Position numbers and translations under genes: made by a program. Shown here in pieces: positions 45,941 through 55,589 of a DNA stretch of 64,000 bases. Position 1 is the stretch's first letter. Each line of letters opens with the position of its first letter. The notes under the pieces are model-generated. The model was not told the origin of the DNA, did no database searches, and saw only the letters and a list, made by a program, of their open reading frames with translations. This DNA comes from Escherichia phage I29: the sequence record ON286975. One strand, 5' to 3'.

Positions 45941-46527
45941 TCGGAATTGATGTAGATCTGACACTGGTAGATTCAGGAACAGCATGGTGGGAGTGGTTGG
46001 AGCGTTTGTATGGTCCAGCCAGTAAGACAGTCGCTAAACCTTCTAATGGGTTAATGTATTACGATCTGTCAAAGTATTGGCCTGATCGCCCCAAAGAAAA
46101 CATCATAGGGCCTTTTGATTTCTGGAGTGACCCGTTCCTTTACGACTTTCTTAAGCCTGAAGAGGGGGCTATTGAGGTTATGAAAGATTTGGTGGCTCGT
46201 GGTCACAAGCTTGCGTTTATCTCGGTATGCAAGAAAGGTCACCTTGCATCTAAATCAAGGTTCTTAAAGCGTTGGACCAGTGATTTTATGGATCTGGACG
46301 ATCACACCCAGGGCCACGGATTCTACGCCACACATTTCAAAGGGAATGTGGCTGTAGATGTTATAATTGACGACAGGCATGAATACCTGAACCAATTCGC
46401 TTCACGACCTGAAGTTATTAAAATCCTAAAAGATACGCCTTATGAGCAATTCGAGGAGTTAAAGGTCAGTATTGACTATACCGCCAATAGCTGGTATAAA
46501 ATAGGAAAGTTTTTAGAAGGTATTTGA
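45934..46527 (+). CDS. HAD-superfamily phosphatase, 5'(3')-deoxyribonucleotidase-like
   Basis: 197 aa; motif I GIDVDLTLVDS (DxDxT) and later VIIDDR. Confidence 0.55.
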   Translation: MLIGIDVDLTLVDSGTAWWEWLERLYGPASKTVAKPSNGLMYYDLSKYWPDRPKENIIGPFDFWSDPFLYDFLKPEEGAIEVMKDLVARGHKLAFISVCKKGHLASKSRFLKRWTSDFMDLDDHTQGHGFYATHFKGNVAVDVIIDDRHEYLNQFASRPEVIKILKDTPYEQFEELKVSIDYTANSWYKIGKFLEGI

Positions 46528-46528
46528 A

Positions 46529-46729
46529 ATGGGCAGATGTTCTAAAGGTGGCGATCCTGTAGTCAGATACGGAGACTGGCTAGAGGTATATAATCTGGAG
46601 GGAAAGCTAGTGTATGCTTCCAGGATCACCCAGGATATGTGCTCTGATATGTTTAACAGGTACCTTGCATTTAAGGCCAACATAAACCCAGACGAAATTT
46701 CCAAAATTAAAACAAGGAGAGCTAAATAA
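46529..46729 (+). CDS. hypothetical protein
   Basis: 66-aa ORF. Confidence 0.35.
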   Translation: MGRCSKGGDPVVRYGDWLEVYNLEGKLVYASRITQDMCSDMFNRYLAFKANINPDEISKIKTRRAK

Positions 46730-47712
46730 TGCTAAAACTGTGCACTGCAAAGATTATTGCTGACAGCATTTCCGAGAAAGGTAAGCGTATAACCACTTTT
46801 GAGCTAGAGTATCCTAGAATCATTCACTCTGAACTCATGACACACCGAGTTTTCAGCAGAAACGCCATGTCCTCTCGTGCAGTACCTGTTAACAAAATGC
46901 TGCAGCAGGTTGTGGAAAATCCTGCAATGCCAGTTCGTTTTGGTGTAAACCAGCGAGGTATGGAGGATGGTGGCGATCACGATCAGAAGATCCGTGTAGA
47001 GTATACTGATCTTGAGTTCTCTCCTGAAGAGTTCTGGAAAGAAGCTGCCAAAAATGCAGCCTGGCATGCAGAGAAGTTCGCACTTGCTGGTTACCATAAG
47101 CAAGTATGTAACCGCTTAGTGGAGCCTTTTCAGCGCATGAAAACAGTTGTAACAAGCACCGAGTGGAATAATTTTTTCCACCTCCGTTGCTGGCACGATG
47201 CGGATCCTACGATTCAGATGTTGGCTAATTGTATGTGGGAGGCTCTTGGGAATAGCACTCCTGAAATCCTTAAACCGGGTCAATGGCACACCCCATATGT
47301 AGAGCACGTTTATTTGGACGGAGAGTTTAACTACGCTGTGCGTGACACAGAAGGAAAGCTCTGCATTCTCGATACTAAAGAAGCTCTGTCTATCAGTGCT
47401 AGTTGCTGTGCACAAGTATCTTATCGAAATATTGACAGCACGTTTGAAAAGGCAGACAGTGTGGCTAAAAAATTGATTGGTGGGGATCGTATTCATGCAA
47501 GCCCTTACGAGCACCAGGCAACACCTATGGATCACGATAACGCAATGGAACGTTTAAACTACTACCTGTCTTCATGTGAAATCACACAAGACATCAGTAC
47601 TTGGCAGGAAGGTGTAACCCATCAAGACCGTGATGGTAAATTCTGGTCTGCCAACTTTTGTGGGTGGGTTCAGCACAGACAACTGCTTAATAACCACTTC
47701 GTGAAAGGTTAA
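46729..47712 (+). CDS. thyX: flavin-dependent thymidylate synthase ThyX
   Basis: 327 aa; ThyX signature THRVFSRNAMSSRA (RHRxxSxxxxSxR). Confidence 0.85.
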   Translation: MLKLCTAKIIADSISEKGKRITTFELEYPRIIHSELMTHRVFSRNAMSSRAVPVNKMLQQVVENPAMPVRFGVNQRGMEDGGDHDQKIRVEYTDLEFSPEEFWKEAAKNAAWHAEKFALAGYHKQVCNRLVEPFQRMKTVVTSTEWNNFFHLRCWHDADPTIQMLANCMWEALGNSTPEILKPGQWHTPYVEHVYLDGEFNYAVRDTEGKLCILDTKEALSISASCCAQVSYRNIDSTFEKADSVAKKLIGGDRIHASPYEHQATPMDHDNAMERLNYYLSSCEITQDISTWQEGVTHQDRDGKFWSANFCGWVQHRQLLNNHFVKG

Positions 47713-47713
47713 T

Positions 47714-47738
47714 CCTATCACAGCGATAGGTAACTTTT
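47714..47738 (+). terminator. hairpin after thyX (weak terminator)
   Basis: CCTATC-ACAGC-GATAGG followed by TAACTTTTGTG. Confidence 0.35.
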
Positions 47739-47741
47739 GTG

Positions 47742-47770
47742 TTGACTAATAGTATCAGATAATCTATAAT
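47742..47770 (+). promoter_or_regulatory. sigma70-like promoter (TTGACT-17-TATAAT)
   Basis: TTGACT 47742-47747, 17-bp spacer, TATAAT 47765-47770; followed by GGCTCAC-TTTGTTA-GTGAGCC hairpin at 47774-47794. Confidence 0.6.
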
Positions 47771-47810
47771 AATGGCTCACTTTGTTAGTGAGCCAGAAAT
47801 GGAGACAGAT

Positions 47811-48272
47811 ATGAGTAATGTTATGATTCCTAAAAAGACATTTATTTCAGTTACTTTGGATTTCCTATCTACCGTTCCCGGGTTTAACGTTCGCACACGA
47901 AACGGTCTCCGAGCTGCACTCTTTGCCGTAGGGTTCGATTTAAAAAGTATTGATGTTCTTCGTGGAAAAAACGTTCGATGCAAAAATAAGCCAACACATT
48001 ATCGAAAGGCAGATGTATTTGCTGGTGTCATGCGTGCAGACTTTAGATATCCGCAAATGTATAACGGTGTAGATATTTTAGATGTAGATAAAGCACCCGG
48101 TGAGGCAATGCTTGTTCAAGATCTTCCGTATGATATCCCTGTAGAGGATCGTGTTAATGTAAGAAAGTATACAAAACAATCTGAAAAGGCTGAAGATATT
48201 CATATTGTTGATGAACCTTTCAATTTTGAAGATCTGCATCGCCTGGAAAAATTATTCGGTATTGAAAGCTAA
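47811..48272 (+). CDS. hypothetical protein
   Basis: ORF track 47772..48272; the ATG at 47772 lies inside the -10 region, so ATG at 47811 (MSNVMIPKK...) with GGAGA RBS is the likely start. Confidence 0.4.
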   Translation: MSNVMIPKKTFISVTLDFLSTVPGFNVRTRNGLRAALFAVGFDLKSIDVLRGKNVRCKNKPTHYRKADVFAGVMRADFRYPQMYNGVDILDVDKAPGEAMLVQDLPYDIPVEDRVNVRKYTKQSEKAEDIHIVDEPFNFEDLHRLEKLFGIES

Positions 48273-48285
48273 GGTGGTGAAGATG

Positions 48286-48513
48286 AGTCATAACTCCAAG
48301 TGGAAGGATCTTGGTTTTGCAAGCCGGGCAGAGTATGTTGGTTGGCTTTGGTTCAATGGCCTGACAAACGATATTAAAATGTATGATGATGTCTATTATG
48401 ACGAGTATACAGGTAAAATTATAAATATCTCTGTAGAAGAGGATACTTTTATCCAGCAAGATACTGATACCTGCCTTGATAAATACGTTAGTGAAGTGGA
48501 GGAAGCAAATTGA
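48286..48513 (+). CDS. hypothetical protein
   Basis: ORF track 48205..48513; internal ATG at 48286 (MSHNSKWKDLG...) avoids the overlap. Confidence 0.35.
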   Translation, partial: SHNSKWKDLGFASRAEYVGWLWFNGLTNDIKMYDDVYYDEYTGKIINISVEEDTFIQQDTDTCLDKYVSEVEEAN

Positions 48514-50825
48514 TCACCAAGGTAATTAAAAGCAACGGATGTGAAGTGGCATTCGATCCAGAACGTTTAAATAAGGCAGCTATTTTCGGTGACGACGGTA
48601 ACGGCAATTGGTCACACATTGCACTGGATGCATACAAACGACTGTATGATGGATGTACAACCAAAGAAGTTAACCAAGCTATCATAGACTCCTGTGTTAG
48701 CCGTAAAGACGAAGCACATTCCCGTATGGCTGGTCGTGTTCTTATTGGTCAGATTTATAAAGAGGCTTTTGGAGGGTTTACAAAGATCCCTTCCTTACCA
48801 TCATTTTACAATACCATGGTTGAGAAAGGGTATTGGGAGGATATGGGCTATAGCTTTACCGAGCTAAACACTTTAGACGCTGTTATTGACCACAGTAAAG
48901 ATCTCGGTTATGGCTATGCAGTCCTTAAACAGTTTCGCGACAAATACGGGATCAAGGATACTCTTAAAGACACCCTGTTTGAATCTCCCCAGATGATGTT
49001 TATGGGGATAGCAATGGCTGTCATGAAGAATATGCCGAAAGAACGTCGTATCAACGATGTTGTAAAATTGTACACTTATCTGTCCGACTTAAAGATCAAT
49101 GCCCCGACACCGTACTTAAACGGGCTGCGCACAGGTAAGACAGGGTATGCATCTTGTTGTGTAATAAAAGCTGACGATACAGCAAAATCTATTGGTGTGG
49201 CACGTGAAGTTGCGTACACAATGACGGTTAACCAAGCAGGTATCGGCTACTATTTATCATCAAGATCTGCAGGCGATGGTGTTCGTGGTAACACTATTAA
49301 ACATATGGGTAAGATTCCATATTATCGAGGTATTGATGCTGGGGTTAAGGAGAACAGACAACAATCACGTGGCGGTTCTGCAACAGTATCATTCCTTGCA
49401 CTGGACCCGCAGATTGATGAGCTAATCCGTTTGAGAAACCCTATGACTGTTGCTTCAAAAAGAATCAACACCATGGACTACTCCATCGGTATTAATAGGT
49501 CGTTTATCAACCGTGTGGCTAAGAATTTGGATTGGATGCTTGTTTCTTATAAGCACGCGCCTCAACTGCATGAGGGTATCTTCACCATGTCTATGGAGGA
49601 GTTTGATGCAGAGGTTGATCGTATCGCTAAAGATGACAGTATTCCTAAAACATGGATCCGAGCTAGAGATCTTGCTGTTGAGCTGATCACGCAGCGTACC
49701 GAGGTGGGAAGACTGTACGTATACTGGACAGATGAGATGAATAGACATACACCTTTTAAAGATGTGATCTATTCAAGTAACCTGTGTGCAGAAATAGCTC
49801 TCCCGACAAAAGGCTATTCAGATATGCGTAATATCTTCAAGCACGATGTTGATGATGGCGAAGTTGCATTGTGCTTCCTGTCATCTCTTGTAGCTGGAAG
49901 GGTTACCCCAGAGGAGTATGAGGATGTTGCATACTACACGGTGCTTATGATTGACAATGTTATGGAAATCATGACATATCCGTATGAAAATATGGAAAGC
50001 ACAGTTAAAAAACGCAGATCCATCGGGGTTGGCCTTACCAATGTTGCACATTTTATTGCCAGCCACAAGGTTACTTACGGATCTCCTGAAAGTAAACAGC
50101 TCGTTCACGATCTTGCAGAACTTCACAGCTACAGCTTGCATAAGGCAAGTTTACGGTTGGCAAAAGAGCGTGGTGTCTGCGAGTGGATGCATAAAACAAA
50201 ATATCCAGAAGGTTGGTTACCAATCGACACCTACAACAAAGAGGTCGATAGCGTGGTGAAAGATCCTTCTCTTAAACAGGATTGGGAAGGGTTACGTAAA
50301 GAAATCATTGAAAATGGTGGGCTACGTAATAGCGTTCTTGAAGCATATATGCCTAATGAAAGCTCTTCGCTGGCAACAAACACCACTAACGGGGTTTATC
50401 CTGTCCGTGAGCACATTATCTTTAAAAAGTCGCCACAAGGGCAGGTGCTGTTTATCGTTCCTGACTATGATGAGTTGAAAGAGTATTACACCTCGGCTTG
50501 GGACGTTGATACTAACGACATGATCGATATGTATGCTGTAATTCAAAAATTCACAGGTCAGGCAATCAGCGCGGATTTATACATAGACTACACCAAGTTG
50601 AAAGATGGTAAAATTTCAATGAAGGAGCAGTTAGGGTACCTTATCCGTGCCACTAAATTCGGGATGAAGACATGGTATTATTTAAACTCTAGGGTTGGTG
50701 CTGGTGACTCCTTGGCAGAGGAACTTCATGCCAAGAAACAGGCTGAAGATGAAACCAGAAAGAACTATCCTTTGATTGCAGATAGTTCAGTTGAAGATCC
50801 GTATTGCGAAAGCTGTGCACTATAA
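48510..50825 (+). CDS. nrdA: ribonucleotide reductase class Ia large subunit
   Basis: 771 aa; N-terminal ATP-cone (VIKSNGCEVAFDPERL), active-site SNLCAEI, C-terminal CESCAL. Confidence 0.9.
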   Translation: MITKVIKSNGCEVAFDPERLNKAAIFGDDGNGNWSHIALDAYKRLYDGCTTKEVNQAIIDSCVSRKDEAHSRMAGRVLIGQIYKEAFGGFTKIPSLPSFYNTMVEKGYWEDMGYSFTELNTLDAVIDHSKDLGYGYAVLKQFRDKYGIKDTLKDTLFESPQMMFMGIAMAVMKNMPKERRINDVVKLYTYLSDLKINAPTPYLNGLRTGKTGYASCCVIKADDTAKSIGVAREVAYTMTVNQAGIGYYLSSRSAGDGVRGNTIKHMGKIPYYRGIDAGVKENRQQSRGGSATVSFLALDPQIDELIRLRNPMTVASKRINTMDYSIGINRSFINRVAKNLDWMLVSYKHAPQLHEGIFTMSMEEFDAEVDRIAKDDSIPKTWIRARDLAVELITQRTEVGRLYVYWTDEMNRHTPFKDVIYSSNLCAEIALPTKGYSDMRNIFKHDVDDGEVALCFLSSLVAGRVTPEEYEDVAYYTVLMIDNVMEIMTYPYENMESTVKKRRSIGVGLTNVAHFIASHKVTYGSPESKQLVHDLAELHSYSLHKASLRLAKERGVCEWMHKTKYPEGWLPIDTYNKEVDSVVKDPSLKQDWEGLRKEIIENGGLRNSVLEAYMPNESSSLATNTTNGVYPVREHIIFKKSPQGQVLFIVPDYDELKEYYTSAWDVDTNDMIDMYAVIQKFTGQAISADLYIDYTKLKDGKISMKEQLGYLIRATKFGMKTWYYLNSRVGAGDSLAEELHAKKQAEDETRKNYPLIADSSVEDPYCESCAL

Positions 50826-50832
50826 TTTTAAA

Positions 50833-50851
50833 GGGGCTTCGGCCCCATTTT
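50833..50851 (+). terminator. GC hairpin with TTCG tetraloop between nrdA and nrdB (attenuator or RNA stabiliser)
   Basis: GGGGC-TTCG-GCCCC followed by ATTTTAG; lies in the 38-nt nrdA-nrdB gap. Confidence 0.4.
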
Positions 50852-50863
50852 AGAGGTAGAATA

Positions 50864-51952
50864 ATGGCTGTATTTAATGCTGAGAACACCGCTCATAAAA
50901 CTGGTGACTATCCGCTGTTTCTGGGACAGCAAATGGGTATGTACGACTCTATCAACAAAAAATATCCACAACTGTTTGAACTATACAAAAAACAAAAAGA
51001 GCAAGATTGGGCAGAGGATGAAGTGGATTTGTCGCAATCTATTTCAGATTTTGTAACATGCTCAAAGTCAACTTATGACGTGATGGTACAGACCTTGATG
51101 TGGCAATGGGAGGCTGATAGCGTTGCGGCAAGATCGATCATCTGCCTCTTTTCACCATTCATCACTAATAGTGAGCTTTTCACTCTATTGATGAAACAGT
51201 CAGAGATTGAAGTTCTTCACGCACTAACTTACTCAGAGATTGTTAGACAATGCCTCCCCAATGCCCGTGAGATTATAGAAGAGATTCAGGAAAACCAAAA
51301 CGTTCTGAGCAGATCCGGCGTTATTGTCAAATACATGCAAGAGCTTGAGGTTATTGGTGCAAAATACCGCCTGGATCCTTCTAGTGTTGAAGAAGATATT
51401 GTGCGGAAATGCATTCTTAGAGCGCTTTTTGCACTTTTAGCCCTGGAAAGTATTGAGTTTATTGCAAGTTTTGCATGCACTTTCGCAGTAGCTGAACAGG
51501 GTATTTTTGTTCAGGTGGCGCAGCTTGTTCAAAAAATCATGCTTGACGAAATGCTACATTCGAAAGGTGATTTTGCCATCATTGATATCTTGCTTAACGA
51601 TCCCGCATGGGAGAAAAGCTTCCTGGAGATAAAAGGGGAGTTAAAAGAGATTCTTGATGAAGTACGAACCAAAGAGTACGGTTGGAGTGACTATATTTTC
51701 AGCGAAGGAAGAGCGATTATAGGTCTTAACTCACCGTTGCTTAAAGAATGGGTTGACTATAACTGCTCACCGATTTATGATTACTACGACATCGACAAAG
51801 ACTTTGTGCCGCCAACAAAGGACCCGCTACCGTTTATGCAGGTGTGGATGAAACCTTCATTGCAACAGACGGCGAACCAAGAAATGTCGAACACTGACTA
51901 CCGCGTCAACACAACTGTTAACGACGCTGAAGAAGAAATTTGGGAGTTTTAA
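50864..51952 (+). CDS. nrdB: ribonucleotide reductase class Ia small subunit
   Basis: ORF track 50804..51952; ATG at 50864 (MAVFNAENTAHK...) follows the hairpin and an AGAGGTAGA RBS; helical di-iron type protein, adjacent to nrdA. Confidence 0.85.
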   Translation: MAVFNAENTAHKTGDYPLFLGQQMGMYDSINKKYPQLFELYKKQKEQDWAEDEVDLSQSISDFVTCSKSTYDVMVQTLMWQWEADSVAARSIICLFSPFITNSELFTLLMKQSEIEVLHALTYSEIVRQCLPNAREIIEEIQENQNVLSRSGVIVKYMQELEVIGAKYRLDPSSVEEDIVRKCILRALFALLALESIEFIASFACTFAVAEQGIFVQVAQLVQKIMLDEMLHSKGDFAIIDILLNDPAWEKSFLEIKGELKEILDEVRTKEYGWSDYIFSEGRAIIGLNSPLLKEWVDYNCSPIYDYYDIDKDFVPPTKDPLPFMQVWMKPSLQQTANQEMSNTDYRVNTTVNDAEEEIWEF

Positions 51953-51955
51953 TAT

Positions 51956-52234
51956 ATGAGCTGCGAAAAATCTTTTTTCATCATCATTTACGGTAAGGAT
52001 AACTGCCCACATTGTGTCAGAGCAAAAGAATTTGCAATCAGCAAAGGTCTGCCTTTTGTATATAAGACACTTGGCGAGGGCTACACAAAAGAAGAGCTTA
52101 TTGAGAAGTGTAGTCCAATCGTCCCCCGAACGTTGCCGCAGATCTTCTTAGAAAGCGATCTTGACAGTATCCATATAGGCGGTGCCGACGATTTCATCTC
52201 TTTTGTTAAGAATGGTTTTGGAGAGAAAAAGTGA
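51956..52234 (+). CDS. glutaredoxin/NrdH-like redoxin
   Basis: 92 aa; CPHC active site (IIYGKDNCPHCVRAKEF). Confidence 0.7.
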   Translation: MSCEKSFFIIIYGKDNCPHCVRAKEFAISKGLPFVYKTLGEGYTKEELIEKCSPIVPRTLPQIFLESDLDSIHIGGADDFISFVKNGFGEKK

Positions 52235-54369
52235 AAGTTGTAAAACGGGACGGTAGAGAAGAGTTCTATAACGGAATTAAGGTGATCAAGGCGGCAGAGT
52301 CCGCCTTACTTGAGTCTGGACATACTGAAGAAGAAGCTTACCGGATCGCTTGTGCGGTTAATGAAGTTGTTGCTAACAATCTGCCAACCGACCAGTGCAC
52401 GATCTCTGTAAAAAATATCCATATCCTTGTTGAAGATGCTCTTATGGATATGGGTTTAAAATGTGCAGCCAGAGAATACATCCAGTATAGACAGACAAGA
52501 GATAATAACAGAGAGGCAGGTGGAAAACTGCTTGCAGATATTAGTGGCTTCTTGGATCGAACTTGTGATGAATTTACAAAAGAAAACGCAAATAAGCCCA
52601 CTAATCATGTACACACTCATCGTGACCTGCTTGCAGGCATCCTTAGCAAACACCTTGCATCAACACAGATCCTGCCAGACCGTGTCTCCGAAGAGCACAA
52701 TAAAGGCTTCATCCATGTGCATGATCTTGACTACTTGATCAGTCCGTTAACAAACTGTTGTTTGGTAAATTATCCAGATATGCTGGAAAACGGATTCAAC
52801 ATTGGTAACGCCCATGTCAGTAAGCCGAAGTCAATAGGGGTTGCAACAACAATCCTTAGCCAAATCTCCAGTGCGGTAGCTAGTGCTCAATATGGTGGTC
52901 AGACTATGAGCCATATTGATCATTATCTGGCACAGTATGCTGAAGCGACCTATGAGAAGAACCTTAAATTTTGCCAGGAACATTGGTTGCCAGATGCTGA
53001 GACCGTTGCAATGCAAATGACAGATAAAGACGTGTTTGACAGCATGCAGACTTTGCTCTATCAAATCAATACGTTAACCTCTGTCAACGGGCAAACTCCA
53101 TTCATCACATTAAGTTTAGGACTGGATACCTCGGTCTTTGGTAGAATGATTACCAAAAATTACTTGAAAGTCCACAAAATGGGTCTTGGTGAAGAACGGA
53201 TCACACCTGTGTTCCCTAAAGTGCTGTTCTTCCTAGAAGAGGGTGTCAACATGAGCCCTAGAGATCCTAACTATGATTTGAAACGATTAGCTCTGGAATG
53301 CTGTGCAGAACGTATCTATCCTGACTTCGTATCTGTACCACTAAATAGAAAAGTGACAGGCTCGACAGATGGCAAAGTAACGAGCATGGGTTGCCGGAGT
53401 TTTCTTAGCAAATACAATGACTTGGAAACAGGCGAGGAGAAATACCTTGGCAGATTTAACTTAGGCGTTGTTAGCCTTAACCTGCCAATGATTGCGGCAA
53501 AAGCTAAGACGGAAGGTGTTGATTTCTTTGCAGTTCTTGACGAATACTTAGATCTTGCATACGAGGCTCACCTTGTAAGGGTTAACCGTCTAAAAGGAAC
53601 AAAGGCAGGGCAGAACCCCATCATGTGGTGTGAAGGCGCTCTTGCTCGCCTGGATCCTGAAGAAAGTATTGATAAACTCTTCTATGACGGGTACGCTTCC
53701 ATCAGCATTGGGTACATTGGTGTGTATGAAACCTGTCAGATTTTGGGCAGAGAAGGTGACAAGGCTTTAGCTCTTGGAATCCTTCAGCACATGAGAGATG
53801 CTTGTGAGCGATACAAGAAGGAAAGTAGACTAGCATTTAGCTTGTACGGCACTCCTTCTGAGAGTCTATGCTATAAAGCTGCAACCTGTCTGGATCGTGA
53901 ATATCCAGAAGTGTTAAAGCACGAGCATGAATATCTCACCAACAGTTTCCATCAGCCAGTATGGATCAATAGCTCTCCTTTTGATAAGTGGGAGTATGAG
54001 GAAGGTTTTGCTATGATCTCCTCCGGTGGCAACATCGGATACGTAGAGACACCTAACCTGAAAAACAACCTTGATGCTTTAGAGGCTCTTGTTGACTTCG
54101 GGTATAAACACATTATGTATTTTGGTATTAACCAACCTGTGGATAAATGTCTCAAGTGTGGTTTCTCTGGTGAGTTCAGTGCAACAGCTAAAGGGTTCTG
54201 CTGCCCTGCGTGCGGATGCCACGATGAACAATATATCTCAGTGATCCGAAGAGTGTCTGGCTATCTCTCCAGCCCGAACAGTAGGCCGTATAACACAGGT
54301 AAACAAGCAGAGGTTATCGAACGTGTTAAACATGTTGGGAATGTAGACTGTTGTCCGTTGAGTAAATAA
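52231..54369 (+). CDS. nrdD: anaerobic ribonucleoside-triphosphate reductase
   Basis: 712 aa; N-terminal ATP-cone, C-terminal Zn-ribbon CLKCGFSG...CCPACGCHD and glycyl-radical-type RVSGY. Confidence 0.85.
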   Translation: MKVVKRDGREEFYNGIKVIKAAESALLESGHTEEEAYRIACAVNEVVANNLPTDQCTISVKNIHILVEDALMDMGLKCAAREYIQYRQTRDNNREAGGKLLADISGFLDRTCDEFTKENANKPTNHVHTHRDLLAGILSKHLASTQILPDRVSEEHNKGFIHVHDLDYLISPLTNCCLVNYPDMLENGFNIGNAHVSKPKSIGVATTILSQISSAVASAQYGGQTMSHIDHYLAQYAEATYEKNLKFCQEHWLPDAETVAMQMTDKDVFDSMQTLLYQINTLTSVNGQTPFITLSLGLDTSVFGRMITKNYLKVHKMGLGEERITPVFPKVLFFLEEGVNMSPRDPNYDLKRLALECCAERIYPDFVSVPLNRKVTGSTDGKVTSMGCRSFLSKYNDLETGEEKYLGRFNLGVVSLNLPMIAAKAKTEGVDFFAVLDEYLDLAYEAHLVRVNRLKGTKAGQNPIMWCEGALARLDPEESIDKLFYDGYASISIGYIGVYETCQILGREGDKALALGILQHMRDACERYKKESRLAFSLYGTPSESLCYKAATCLDREYPEVLKHEHEYLTNSFHQPVWINSSPFDKWEYEEGFAMISSGGNIGYVETPNLKNNLDALEALVDFGYKHIMYFGINQPVDKCLKCGFSGEFSATAKGFCCPACGCHDEQYISVIRRVSGYLSSPNSRPYNTGKQAEVIERVKHVGNVDCCPLSK

Positions 54370-54380
54370 GGAAAGAGGTG

Positions 54381-54419
54381 GAGAGCAAGGATGCTCTCAT
54401 TTTTTTTTTTTTTGTTTTT
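54381..54419 (+). terminator. strong intrinsic terminator after nrdD
   Basis: GAGAGCA-AGGA-TGCTCTC 7-bp stem followed by a run of about 20 T. Confidence 0.75.
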
Positions 54420-54420
54420 A

Positions 54421-54449
54421 TTGACTTCTATTCCTCTTTTCTATAGTAT
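54421..54449 (+). promoter_or_regulatory. sigma70-like promoter (TTGACT-17-TAGTAT)
   Basis: TTGACT 54421-54426, TAGTAT 54444-54449, upstream of 54488 gene. Confidence 0.4.
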
Positions 54450-54487
54450 GCAATATAAAGTGAATAGCGGAAGGGTCTGGTCTGGTA

Positions 54488-55420
54488 ATGAGAAGACTAA
54501 CAACCGAAGAGTTTATAGAAAAAGCTCAGACTATACATGGTGACAAATATGATTACTTCAAAGTGGAGTATAAAAACAACAAGACACCTGTGTGTATAAT
54601 TTGTCCTGAGCACGGTGAGTTCTGGCAAACCCCTGTGGCACATGCTTTCAAGAATCATGGTTGTCCAAGGTGTGGTGGGTCAGCGAAAAAGAACACTGAA
54701 GAGTTCATAAAAGAGGCTATGGCTGTTCATGGGGACAAGTACGATTACTCATTAGTCAAATATGCGAACATGAGAACGCCTGTAAAAATTGTTTGCCCTG
54801 AACACGGTGTGTTTGAACAATACCCTGAAAACCACTTATACCAAAGAAACGGCTGCCCAGAGTGCTATGACTTAAGACGTGGGCAAAGTCAAGCGTTAAC
54901 CCATAAGGAGCATGCTGCAATTATCCACAAAGCCAACCCAGACATAGAAATATTAGAGAAAATTGCCAATGATAACACAAAAGTGCAATGTAGGTGCAAA
55001 ATTTGTGGGTATAAGTGGTCTGCTAAACCTAATAACCTAAAAAGTGGTCGTGGCTGCTGTAAATGCGCACAAAATGGATTCTTATCTCATGAGTACGGTA
55101 AACTCTACATTATGGTTGATGACTTAGAAGTGCCAACACTTATGAAAATCGGTGTATGCGTTAAAATGCACAGGAGGAAAAATGAGGTGCTTAACAGTGC
55201 TCGTAAATCTGGCGCAGGTGTCCACACTCTTCACGTAGTAAAAACATGGAGCGGATCAACTCAAAACATGGTAGATTTAGAAAAATCTGTGCATAAGGCC
55301 TTGAGCAAGTATAAAATAAACTTTCCTGTAAAATTTGACGGTAGCACTGAGTTTTTCTACTACAGGCCTGAAGTGTTTGACACGGTAGAAGAGGTATACA
55401 AGAAGATTTGTGGTAAATGA
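54488..55420 (+). CDS. homing-endonuclease-like protein (repeated Zn-finger modules plus T5orf172/GIY-YIG-like C-terminal domain)
   Basis: 310 aa; three repeats of HGDKYDY..V.Y.N..TPV.I.CPEHG.F.Q.P..H....GCP.C; C-terminal GKLYIMVDD...KIGVCVK...VHTLHVV...GSTEFF. Inserted between nrdD and nrdG with own terminator/promoter. Confidence 0.45.
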   Translation: MRRLTTEEFIEKAQTIHGDKYDYFKVEYKNNKTPVCIICPEHGEFWQTPVAHAFKNHGCPRCGGSAKKNTEEFIKEAMAVHGDKYDYSLVKYANMRTPVKIVCPEHGVFEQYPENHLYQRNGCPECYDLRRGQSQALTHKEHAAIIHKANPDIEILEKIANDNTKVQCRCKICGYKWSAKPNNLKSGRGCCKCAQNGFLSHEYGKLYIMVDDLEVPTLMKIGVCVKMHRRKNEVLNSARKSGAGVHTLHVVKTWSGSTQNMVDLEKSVHKALSKYKINFPVKFDGSTEFFYYRPEVFDTVEEVYKKICGK

Positions 55421-55472
55421 TTGTAGAAAGATATGCATATCTTAAACATGCTATTAACTAAGGAGGTGCAGT

Positions 55473-55589
55473 ATGTCATCAGGTATTTATAAAATTTGCA
55501 AGTGCGGCTGTAGTTGCAATCTTCGTTGGTGCAAGGCACTAGACGATTTTATTTGGCATTGCCCTAAATGTGATGCGGAGTATCTATGA
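55473..55589 (+). CDS. 38-aa Cys-rich micro-protein (zinc-ribbon-like), translationally coupled to nrdG
   Basis: Own translation MSSGIYKICKCGCSCNLRWCKALDDFIWHCPKCDAEYL; AAGGAGGT RBS 5 nt upstream; stop TGA overlaps nrdG ATG (ATGA). Below the ORF-track size cutoff. Confidence 0.45.
   Translation: MSSGIYKICKCGCSCNLRWCKALDDFIWHCPKCDAEYL

Noticed and set aside
54400-54419. About 20-nt poly-T run considered as a sequencing artefact or slippage hotspot
   Set aside because: It directly follows a 7-bp GC-rich hairpin after the nrdD stop, so it is best explained as the U-tract of an intrinsic terminator.
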